From the IMG/VR virus record IMGVR_UViG_3300044806_000184, positions 1-26,736 of that record: DNA of 26,736 nucleotides, one strand, 5' to 3'. Of the stretch, positions 1 through 7,402 are shown piece by piece (the first letter of the stretch is position 1; the number at the start of each line of letters is the position of its first letter). The notes under the pieces were generated by a model that was given only the letters and a program-made list of their open reading frames with translations, was not told the DNA's origin and made no database searches. The stretch is from a virus. Lineage: Duplodnaviria; Caudoviricetes. Both the position numbers and the translations under genes were made by a program.

Positions 1-1611
1 AAAAACAGGTCATGTCCAAGCTGTAGAGCACAAGGTAGAGACAGAACAGGTAATCATCTCTATCTTATGCGAGATGGGGCTACTTGGCATTGTGATAGAT
101 GTCAATATACAGAACGTGAAGGAGAAATTAAAATTGAAATGAACGTAGATGCCATTAGTAAATTCTCCTCATCCTCTATTGACGAACGGAAGATTAAGAA
201 GTCAATAGTAGATGTGTTTAAGGTAAAGATGGGAGTAGATGAAACATCTGGAGAGGTAGATAGCCATTTTTATCCCATCACTAAAGCAGGGAACATCACT
301 GGCTATAAGGTTAGGAAGCTCCCTAAAGATTTTTATATTGTTGGAGATACCAAGGGGGCTATCGAGCTTTTTGGACAAGCTGTCATCCCTAAAGGTGGGA
401 AGAAGCTTCTTATTACAGGAGGTGAGCTTGATGCGTTGGCTGCGTACCAAATGCTTTTGGATAAGTATCCGAATTTCACACCCTCAGTTGTATCATTACC
501 TAAAGGTGAGAATGCTTCAGCAGTAAAGGAAAACTTGGAATATGTGTTGTCTTTTCAAGAGGTTCTCATCTACACAGATATGGATGAGCCTGGAAGGAAA
601 GCTGCTGAAGTTATTGCTGCCCTTGTAGGCCCCGCTAAAGCTCGTATTGTAAGCACTTCCGAGAAGGATGCTTGTGATATGCTTAAAGCTGGGAAACAAG
701 CTGAGTTTATCAATGCTTTCTTTAATGCGGAAAAACATAAGCCTAAGGGTATTATCAATGGAAAAGATATTGACCTGGAATCTGTAAAAAGGGCTACTGT
801 CAAGGGATATGATTTGCCCTATCCCATCCTTAATAGGATGATTGGAGGGTTGAGGAAGGGGGAACTTACTACTCTTACGGCAGGTAGTGGTATTGGTAAG
901 AGTACAATGGCGAAGGAGGTCGGTCATCATCTGCGCTCTGCTCATGATCTCACCGTTGGTAACCTCTTCCTAGAGGAGACTTTAGAGAAAACTATTCAAA
1001 GCTATATTGCCATTGATAATAATGTTCCTCTTGCCATGCTCAGGAAGAATCCTGCTCTTTTAACAGATGAGCAATGGCAAAAATCCTTTGAAAGGATAAT
1101 GGGAAATGACAAATGGTATGCTCTCCAACATTTTGGGTCGTTACCGACAGATGAACTTCTTGCGAAAATGCGCTATCTGGCATATGGTGCTGGTTGTGAC
1201 TTTATTATTCTGGATCACCTCTCTCTCGTATTTAGTGGTCAAGCTAACGATAATGAGCGTATTGCCATAGATAATGCAATGACTGAGCTTGCCGCATTCT
1301 GTAATGAGAGTGGAGTGGGTATTATTACAGTTGTTCATCTTAGTAGAAACAAGGCTAAGGGTAGTTTCAATGAAGGTGCGGAAATTAGTTTGAATGATCT
1401 TAGGGGTAGTGCTGCATTAGAGCAGCTATCCTGGAATGTTCTGGGACTCGAACGTAGTCAACAAGCGGAGGATGAAGAGGCTAAAAATACATCTCGTATT
1501 CGCATTCTAAAGGCCAGGGAAACAGGTTTCACAGGTATGGCTGATGAATGTATCTATGACTTCACTACAGGGAGACTTCTTCCTAAAACTGGTATTTCTC
1601 TTTCTTACTGA
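1..1611 (+). CDS. T7 gp4-like primase-helicase (5' truncated by window edge)
   Basis: Frame open from base 1 (KNRSCPSC...WHCDRC zinc-binding domain), TOPRIM DxD (YTDMDEPG), SF4 helicase Walker A AGSGIGKS, Walker B IILDHLS, LRGS motif. Confidence 0.95.
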   Translation, partial: KNRSCPSCRAQGRDRTGNHLYLMRDGATWHCDRCQYTEREGEIKIEMNVDAISKFSSSSIDERKIKKSIVDVFKVKMGVDETSGEVDSHFYPITKAGNITGYKVRKLPKDFYIVGDTKGAIELFGQAVIPKGGKKLLITGGELDALAAYQMLLDKYPNFTPSVVSLPKGENASAVKENLEYVLSFQEVLIYTDMDEPGRKAAEVIAALVGPAKARIVSTSEKDACDMLKAGKQAEFINAFFNAEKHKPKGIINGKDIDLESVKRATVKGYDLPYPILNRMIGGLRKGELTTLTAGSGIGKSTMAKEVGHHLRSAHDLTVGNLFLEETLEKTIQSYIAIDNNVPLAMLRKNPALLTDEQWQKSFERIMGNDKWYALQHFGSLPTDELLAKMRYLAYGAGCDFIILDHLSLVFSGQANDNERIAIDNAMTELAAFCNESGVGIITVVHLSRNKAKGSFNEGAEISLNDLRGSAALEQLSWNVLGLERSQQAEDEEAKNTSRIRILKARETGFTGMADECIYDFTTGRLLPKTGISLSY

Positions 1612-1619
1612 GGATTGTT

Positions 1620-2069
1620 ATGAAAACTCTTATTGCTGCAATGATGTTGTCCGGTAGCGTACAAGCTAGTGACTATGACTATGTGAGTATGTATAGTCAT
1701 ACCAACAGCTCTGCGGAATCTAAAAGCTTTTCTCGTTCACAGTCTACTGCTATTAGTGGTGGTAACACCCAATCTGTATCTGTAACAGATAGTGGAAAGC
1801 TGCATTACTCCGGTGGGTACGAACTGGAAAATGTACCTGATGTCATGGCTCCTAATGTTTATCCCACCAGTCCTTGTATGGGTAGTAGTAGTATTGGTGG
1901 TGCTGGTGTTGGATTTGGTATCAGCTTTGGTACTAGTTGGGAAAGTGAAGAGTGCCAACTTAGGGAAACTTCTCGCTCTTTTGCAAGTATGGGAATGAAA
2001 GAGGATGCTATTGCCATTCTTTGTACCTCAGAATATGCAAAAAATGCACCATCTTGTAAAGGAAAGTAA
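1620..2069 (+). CDS. Hypothetical exported protein, Ser/Gly-rich, 4 Cys
   Basis: GAGG SD upstream; signal-peptide-like N-terminus MKTLIAAMMLSGSVQA; CMGSSSIGGAGVGFGISFG segment. Confidence 0.75.
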   Translation: MKTLIAAMMLSGSVQASDYDYVSMYSHTNSSAESKSFSRSQSTAISGGNTQSVSVTDSGKLHYSGGYELENVPDVMAPNVYPTSPCMGSSSIGGAGVGFGISFGTSWESEECQLRETSRSFASMGMKEDAIAILCTSEYAKNAPSCKGK

Positions 2070-2333
2070 ATGAACGCAAGCAGTAGGGCCGATAAATTGA
2101 TGCTGACACCCATGAAGGATGTGCCAGCACCAGCAATAGCCTACGCTAAGTACCTAGGAAAGAAATACGGCATGTGTGGGGAGGTATACATGACAGCCTT
2201 CGCACACTTCGCGGAGTGTTATGAGGGTGCTGAAAAGAGCGTTGATAACCTCTACGTTGCTGACAACGAAGCCCGTGCATTTTTCTCCGGCTATCAGGCA
2301 GCAATTTTAGCTGGTGACGCATATGACCGTTGA
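2070..2333 (+). CDS. Hypothetical protein
   Basis: Starts directly after the previous stop; 87 aa ORF in operon orientation. Confidence 0.65.
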   Translation: MNASSRADKLMLTPMKDVPAPAIAYAKYLGKKYGMCGEVYMTAFAHFAECYEGAEKSVDNLYVADNEARAFFSGYQAAILAGDAYDR

Positions 2334-2427
2334 AATTATTCAAGCTCTAGGCATCTATATCATTGGTCCTATCATCCTAGCAGTCATAGTGCTTGGGATA
2401 CTCTGGGTTATTTGGAAAGCGGAGTGA
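2323..2427 (+). CDS. Small single-pass membrane protein (34 aa, not in ORF track)
   Basis: Manual translation MTVEIIQALGIYIIGPIILAVIVLGILWVIWKAE; overlaps previous stop. Confidence 0.6.
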   Translation: MTVEIIQALGIYIIGPIILAVIVLGILWVIWKAE

Positions 2428-2495
2428 CTACGCATGATATTCTTGATGGTCTTGCGCTTATGATGCGCCCGATCAGAGCAAGGAGTGAGAAATGA
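2424..2495 (+). CDS. Possible 23-aa coupling peptide
   Basis: GTGA overlap with upstream stop and ATGA overlap with downstream start; MTTHDILDGLALMMRPIRARSEK. Confidence 0.35.
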   Translation: MTTHDILDGLALMMRPIRARSEK

Positions 2496-2953
2496 ACCTG
2501 AGACAAGCCGCCGTTGCGGCATTAGAAGCATTGGAAATAACATCATCTGAATATTGCCAAGGATGTTGGCTAGAGGTTATTGCCGCACTCAAAGAAGCCC
2601 TGGCCCAGCTAGACCGGAAATGCGAAGCCGGCCCCTCACTCCAAGACCTGTGGGATTGTTGGGATGCTGCGCATGGAGGGCAAACGCCGGTAGCATACAG
2701 ATATAAAGACTCGCGCGCACACTACCGTTACGTCGGCAATCGCCCGAATATGGATACGAGCAGCTATACGATATTGAAATTAGATCCCCTCTATCTCCAC
2801 CCAGCACCAATTCCCGAAGGCTGGCAGCTTGTGCCAAAAGAGCCGACAGAGAATATGATTAAGCTTGGGGCATACGCGGAAAGGTACTCAGGAGTATATG
2901 GTATTTACAAAGACATGCTCGCTGCAGCACCTAAACCGGAGGAAATGAAATGA
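2492..2953 (+). CDS. Hypothetical phage accessory protein
   Basis: AGGAG SD; PVAYRY...PLYLHPAPIPEGWQLVPKEPT...MLAAAP modules typical of proteobacterial phage early genes. Confidence 0.8.
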   Translation: MNLRQAAVAALEALEITSSEYCQGCWLEVIAALKEALAQLDRKCEAGPSLQDLWDCWDAAHGGQTPVAYRYKDSRAHYRYVGNRPNMDTSSYTILKLDPLYLHPAPIPEGWQLVPKEPTENMIKLGAYAERYSGVYGIYKDMLAAAPKPEEMK

Positions 2954-3564
2954 CCAAGCACAAACATTACTACGCTATCCGCGCTTATGCGGATGGATGG
3001 AAGATTGAATACTTGGCGAGTAGTAATAATAAATGGTATCCAAGTGAATACCCAGAATTTGCTAAAAATCTCGCATACCGTGTAGTGCCAGATGAAGATG
3101 GTTGGCTGCCGTGGTACGGGGGCGAGTGTCCGGTTGATCCTGATACGATGGTAGAAGTGAGATATAAGGGCGGCCCAGCCATCGGAGTAGCACAAGCGCA
3201 CTCTATTTGTTGGGAACATACCGATAAAGCAGGAGATGTCATTGTCTACCGCATTATCAAAGAAGCGGAAGCCGATCCCTACGCGGAGTTGAAAGCCGCA
3301 GCAAAAGACCCGACGAAGCAGATTAAGTATACGTTTCCTGACGGGGCTACGAACGGCTGGCATGATTACAACCATGACTGGTCATTTCATGGCCTACTCA
3401 GTGGATACGAAGTCCGCGACAAGCCCAAAGTAAAGAAGATTAAATTGCTGGCTTGGTTAGGCCTAGATCAGTTGCATTGGTACACCGAGGAAGAAACAAA
3501 AAGTCTACCCAAATCTTGGAAGCGCATCCCTTCCGAGGATAAAGAGATCGAGGTGGAAGAATGA
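2950..3564 (+). CDS. Hypothetical phage accessory protein
   Basis: ATGA overlap; contains the WxGGECPV...VEVRY...DVIVYRI module common in phage small genes. Confidence 0.8.
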   Translation: MTKHKHYYAIRAYADGWKIEYLASSNNKWYPSEYPEFAKNLAYRVVPDEDGWLPWYGGECPVDPDTMVEVRYKGGPAIGVAQAHSICWEHTDKAGDVIVYRIIKEAEADPYAELKAAAKDPTKQIKYTFPDGATNGWHDYNHDWSFHGLLSGYEVRDKPKVKKIKLLAWLGLDQLHWYTEEETKSLPKSWKRIPSEDKEIEVEE

Positions 3565-3866
3565 AGGACAAAGAGTTACTTGAGCTAGCTGCGAAAGCGG
3601 CTGGGATTACTTACAAATATTACAGCGATCCAGAAGGACTCATTATAAACGATGATCAATGGCCTCTTGTAGTCTGGAACCCGCTAACTGATGACGGAGA
3701 TGCCTTGCGGTTGGCGGTGAAGCTCCATTTTGCTATTAGCTGGACGGTATGTTTTGTGCAAGTAGCCTATACCCAAGAAGAATACATGGAAGGCGAAGAT
3801 GCTGCACCCGCTACTCGTCGTGCCGTCGTTCTAGCCGCTGCCACAGTTGGAAAGGAAACGAAATGA
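3561..3866 (+). CDS. Phage protein, probably ABA-sandwich-like family
   Basis: ELLELAAKAAG...WNPLTDDGDALRLAVKL...ATRRAVVLAAA signature; ATGA overlap. Confidence 0.75.
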   Translation: MKDKELLELAAKAAGITYKYYSDPEGLIINDDQWPLVVWNPLTDDGDALRLAVKLHFAISWTVCFVQVAYTQEEYMEGEDAAPATRRAVVLAAATVGKETK

Positions 3867-4201
3867 CCGGATACAAAATGGGAATGGCTGAAGAAGCTGT
3901 AATCGCAAACCTAACAGCGAAGCTGGCTGAGTGCCAAGCCCGTGAGGAAAAACTACGGGAGGCTTTAGACAGACTGGCAAGGCTTGGTAATGGGCCGCAC
4001 TACGGTAACAGTGTCGGCAACGACATTGCCAAAGAAGCCCTCGCCCTACCACAAGACGATACAGCCCTGAAAGAATACCGTAAGAAGGTGTTGCTTGGGG
4101 CAGCCGACGTACTTGAAGAGAAAGTATATAGCACAGAAGATGGACATCTTCATAGTGAATATCATGCAGCAGATGAATTACGCGAAATGGCGGAAGAATA
4201 G
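3863..4201 (+). CDS. Hypothetical protein (coiled-coil N-terminus)
   Basis: ATG at 3863 overlaps previous TGA with AAGGA SD; preferred over the ORF-track start 3749. Confidence 0.7.
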   Translation: MTGYKMGMAEEAVIANLTAKLAECQAREEKLREALDRLARLGNGPHYGNSVGNDIAKEALALPQDDTALKEYRKKVLLGAADVLEEKVYSTEDGHLHSEYHAADELREMAEE

Positions 4202-4202
4202 A

Positions 4203-4388
4203 ATGGCTGGATGTTATGGTAATAGCCCTGAAGATCGTTACTTTGAAGCGATGTTATTCCAATACCTAGAGGAGCAGAAAGAGGAGGAAGAGGTGGACCA
4301 ATTCAACGAGGAGATGAGAGATGCTTATGAAGATTTGTTTGGTAGTTCTTACATTGATACTACCTACCCCTCAACCCCAGGGAAATAA
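4203..4388 (+). CDS. Hypothetical acidic protein
   Basis: ATG 1 nt after previous stop; MAGCYGNSPEDRYFE... Confidence 0.6.
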   Translation: MAGCYGNSPEDRYFEAMLFQYLEEQKEEEEVDQFNEEMRDAYEDLFGSSYIDTTYPSTPGK

Positions 4389-4439
4389 TCCACCACAGGG
4401 CTTCCTAGACTGTGCATTTGATACTCATGGAGTATATAG

Positions 4440-5228
4440 ATGCCGACCCTAGTCTTTGACATTGAGGCAGATGGTTTCCTCTATGAAGTATCAACTATCT
4501 GGTGCTTGGTAGCTTATGAAGTTGAAACACAAACTTACCACATTTACCATGTTGACACAGAGGGGGGAGTATGCTACCCTAAAAAATATATACTACATAC
4601 TATAGATAGTATACTTTCTCTTCTTTCTACCTCTACTATAGTAGGTCATAATGTTTATAGTTATGATCTACCAGTATTAAGTAAATTATACAATTTTCAG
4701 TATACTCCTTCAGTTGAGCGATACCAGGATACCATTATCATGTCTAGGCTTTTCTACCCGGATAGGGATGGACATTCCCTGGAGGATTGGGGAGAGAGGC
4801 TAAAATACTCTAAGGGGGGTCATACAGACTTTTCCAGGTTTTCTAAAGAGATGCTCACCTATTGTATACGAGATGTAGATATCACCTATCGAACTTGGTT
4901 GCATCTTAAAGAAGAAGCTGGAGATTGGGATTGGAGTAGGTCACTTCTCCTTGAGTATAGTATGCAGCACATTCAAACTAAACAGGAAACCAATGGCGTA
5001 CTATTTGACAAAGATAAAGCTGAAACTCTTCTTGCTAAAATTCAACTTGAAATTGCTGACATTGAGGCTAAGGTTATTCCCGCCATTCCCCAAAAAGTAG
5101 TAGATATGGGGGAGGTGAGAAAGCCTTTCTTGAAGAGCGGAGAGTATAGTGAAATTACAAAGAGGTGGCTTAATGTACCAATGGCCGGATGTATCCCTTC
5201 CTCCGATCAATCTTTGGAACTTTCCTAG
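4440..5228 (+). CDS. polA: DNA polymerase A, N-terminal part: 3'-5' exonuclease plus first thumb helix
   Basis: ExoI FDIEADG, ExoII GHNVYSYD, ExoIII YCIRDV, then QETNGVLFD; GGAG SD; no polymerase motifs. Confidence 0.92.
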   Translation: MPTLVFDIEADGFLYEVSTIWCLVAYEVETQTYHIYHVDTEGGVCYPKKYILHTIDSILSLLSTSTIVGHNVYSYDLPVLSKLYNFQYTPSVERYQDTIIMSRLFYPDRDGHSLEDWGERLKYSKGGHTDFSRFSKEMLTYCIRDVDITYRTWLHLKEEAGDWDWSRSLLLEYSMQHIQTKQETNGVLFDKDKAETLLAKIQLEIADIEAKVIPAIPQKVVDMGEVRKPFLKSGEYSEITKRWLNVPMAGCIPSSDQSLELS

Positions 5229-5403
5229 AAAGGAAAAAGGTATGATGAGTATTATTCTTACTGACAGTAATGGAACTTACACGGTGAAACTCGATAGAGA
5301 GTTTGTTACTCTTGAGGAGTATATAGAGCTTCTCGTTAAGCCAGTACTTCTCGCAGCAGGTTTCCATCCAGACTCTATTAACCGATACATAGACAATGAC
5401 TAA
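5173..5403 (+). CDS. Small hypothetical protein between the polymerase halves (alternative start 5242)
   Basis: GAGG SD then ATG 5173 (MYQWPDVSLPPINLWNFP); second in-frame ATG 5242 behind AGGAAAAAGG; stop overlaps start of polymerase part 2. Confidence 0.7.
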   Translation: MYQWPDVSLPPINLWNFPRKEKGMMSIILTDSNGTYTVKLDREFVTLEEYIELLVKPVLLAAGFHPDSINRYIDND

Positions 5404-6529
5404 GCTTGTAGGTGGCCCATTCTGTAGGGTAGGCTTTGAGCCTATCAACCTTAATAGTAGTGGACAAGTTAAGGAGTATTTGCTCTCTCAAGGGTGGGTT
5501 CCTACTGAGTACAATTATCGTAAGGATAAGAAGGGCTATTTAGTTAAGGGTGAGGATGGTAACCCCATCCCAACAAGCCCCAAGCTTACAGAAGATAGCT
5601 TTGATAGTGTCAAAGGTGATATTCCTAAGTTGGTAGCACGAAGGAATATTCTTATTCACCGTCAACGTATGTTGAAGAATACGAGAAAGGATGGTGAGGA
5701 GAAAGGCTTATTGAATGCTATTAGGGATGATGGCAGGGTGGAAGCTAGATGTATTCCCCAAGCTACCAATACGGGTAGGGCCACTCACTCTATTGTGGTG
5801 AACATTCCTTCTATTCATGCAGTATACGGGGCTGAGATTAGGGATTTGTTCATCGTACCAGATGGATATGATATGGTGGGTGTAGATGCTGCTGCCCTTG
5901 AAGCCCGTATCTTTGCTCACTTTATGCTTAATTATCCTGGAGGTGATGAACTAGCTAATCTTGTTCTACATGGAGATATTCACCAAGAAAATGCGGATAT
6001 GTGGGGTTGCTCACGGAATGATGCTAAGTCTCCATACTATGCATTGATGTATGGAGCACAGATTCCTAAGTTCTCTGCTACACTAGGTGTAGATATAAGG
6101 ACAGGCAGCCAGCACTATAATGCCTTCTGGAATAAATACCGTGCTCTAGAGTTGTTTAAGCAGGATTTGGTGGAAGCTTGGCAAGCTAGGGGAGGTAAGA
6201 ATGGTGGCTTCATCCGTGGTATTGATGGTAGAAAACTCCATGCTCGTAGCCAACATTCTCTTGTCAACCTTATGTTTCAGAATGCTGGGAGTGTTGTTGT
6301 GAAGGTAGCAGCACTTTACATAAACAAGTGGATAGAAAGGGATAGCCTTGACGTAAAACAACTTATCTTCTATCATGATGAATTGGAATATCAAAGCTGG
6401 AAGGGTCATACTGAGCGGTTTCTTCCTCTTACCAGGCAAGCCTTCAAGAAGGCAGGAGAGTACTTTAAACTAAACGTGGAGATTGTTGGAGAACCTAAAG
6501 TAGGAAGGAGTTGGTATGATGTCCACTAA
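5396..6529 (+). CDS. polA: DNA polymerase A, C-terminal polymerase domain
   Basis: Motif A GVDAAALEAR, motif B RNDAKSPYYALMYG, motif C YHDE, TNTGR, C-terminal SWYDVH. Confidence 0.95.
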   Translation: MTKLVGGPFCRVGFEPINLNSSGQVKEYLLSQGWVPTEYNYRKDKKGYLVKGEDGNPIPTSPKLTEDSFDSVKGDIPKLVARRNILIHRQRMLKNTRKDGEEKGLLNAIRDDGRVEARCIPQATNTGRATHSIVVNIPSIHAVYGAEIRDLFIVPDGYDMVGVDAAALEARIFAHFMLNYPGGDELANLVLHGDIHQENADMWGCSRNDAKSPYYALMYGAQIPKFSATLGVDIRTGSQHYNAFWNKYRALELFKQDLVEAWQARGGKNGGFIRGIDGRKLHARSQHSLVNLMFQNAGSVVVKVAALYINKWIERDSLDVKQLIFYHDELEYQSWKGHTERFLPLTRQAFKKAGEYFKLNVEIVGEPKVGRSWYDVH

Positions 6530-6532
6530 CTC

Positions 6533-6560
6533 TTGACACACTTCGTTGTTGCTGTATAAT
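6533..6560 (+). promoter_or_regulatory. Sigma70-type promoter
   Basis: TTGACA (6533-6538), 16 nt spacer, TATAAT (6555-6560), intergenic. Confidence 0.9.
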
Positions 6561-6564
6561 CTTA

Positions 6565-6586
6565 TGTAGGAAGCTTGCTTCCTGTA
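6565..6586 (+). promoter_or_regulatory. 5' leader hairpin with CUUG loop
   Basis: TGTAGGAAG-CTTG-CTTCCTGTA at the expected transcription start, 9-bp stem including two GU pairs. Confidence 0.6.
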
Positions 6587-6608
6587 CAACTACTAAGGAA
6601 CTAGACAA

Positions 6609-7232
6609 ATGGCACTGAACTTCTCTGAGACTAAAAAGCGTGTTGACTATGGCCGTGTTGAAGACGGCACCTATCCAGCACGGGTAGTACGCATTATCGA
6701 CTTCGGTTTGCAATATGCTACTGACTTCAAAACTGGTGAAGTCAAAAAGTATGATGATGGTAATGAGGTAATCCAACATAAGGTATGGATTGACTTTGAA
6801 CTTCCTACAGAGACTATCGACATTGATGGGGTTAAGAAGCCCCGTTGGTACGGGAAGGAATACACGGTTAGTAGTCATGAGAAGGCAGCTATTCAGGCCC
6901 TATTGAAGGCTGCTGATCCTGATGGGAAGGCTACTATGAAGGGTAAGAATGTAGTAGGACTTCTTGGACTTCCTGTGATGCTTACCATTGGCAGCACTTC
7001 TACAGGCAAGGCTAAGGTAGCTGGTATCACTCGCCTTATTAAGGGTATGAGTGTTGATCCCCTAGCCAATCCTACCCTCTTCTTTGACTTGGATGAGGCT
7101 ACCTATAAGGACTTTGAACTTCTCCCTGAGTGGATGCAGAAACGTATTAAAGATGGTGTAGATTTTGAATCCACTGGCTTGTATAAGAAGTTTAACAGTA
7201 TGTCAGATATTGAAGAGGATAGTCCTTACTAA
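6609..7232 (+). CDS. Probable single-stranded DNA-binding protein
   Basis: Follows the polymerase; GTYPARVVRIIDFG beta-rich N-terminus; acidic tail ending in an aromatic residue (DIEEDSPY) as in SSB tails; TAAGGA SD. Confidence 0.7.
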   Translation: MALNFSETKKRVDYGRVEDGTYPARVVRIIDFGLQYATDFKTGEVKKYDDGNEVIQHKVWIDFELPTETIDIDGVKKPRWYGKEYTVSSHEKAAIQALLKAADPDGKATMKGKNVVGLLGLPVMLTIGSTSTGKAKVAGITRLIKGMSVDPLANPTLFFDLDEATYKDFELLPEWMQKRIKDGVDFESTGLYKKFNSMSDIEEDSPY

Positions 7233-7241
7233 GTAGTTCCA

Positions 7242-7315
7242 GCCGGAGTAGCTCAATGATAGAGTTCTTCACTTGTAATGAAGGGATCACAGTTTGATTC
7301 TGTGCTCCGGCTCCA
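7242..7315 (+). tRNA. trnT: tRNA-Thr(UGU)
   Basis: Acceptor GCCGGAG/CTCCGGC, discriminator T, encoded CCA, anticodon arm CTTCA-CTTGTAA-TGAAG, T-arm CACAG-TTTGATT-CTGTG. Confidence 0.92.
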
Positions 7316-7320
7316 AATAT

Positions 7321-7397
7321 GGCCCTGTACCTTAATTGCATAGAGGAATGCTCTTCTAAAGCATCTTGTGGGAGTTGGACTCTCCCCAGGGCCGCCA
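7321..7397 (+). tRNA. trnR: tRNA-Arg(UCU)
   Basis: Acceptor GGCCCTG/CAGGGCC, discriminator G, CCA, anticodon arm ATGCT-CTTCTAA-AGCAT, T-arm GGGAG-TTGGACT-CTCCC. Confidence 0.9.
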
Positions 7398-7402
7398 TAT
7401 AA

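Noticed and set aside
5226-5264. TAG readthrough or a recoded genetic code joining the polymerase halves
   Set aside because: Readthrough meets a TGA 11 codons after the TAG and part 2 is in another frame; other genes are intact under the standard code.
5229-5395. Group I intron or intein in the polymerase
   Set aside because: The interval is short and fully occupied by an ORF; no intron core elements or intein terminal motifs were recognised.
5163-5416. AGGTGGC direct repeat flanking the polymerase insertion (5163-5169, 5410-5416)
   Set aside because: Excision would remove 247 nt, which does not restore the frame (needs 3n+2); only 7 bp.
7348-7364. CTA in the anticodon loop of the second tRNA, suggesting an amber suppressor
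   Set aside because: The 5-bp stem ATGCT/AGCAT fixes the loop as CT-TCT-AA, so the anticodon is UCU (Arg); CTA is off register.
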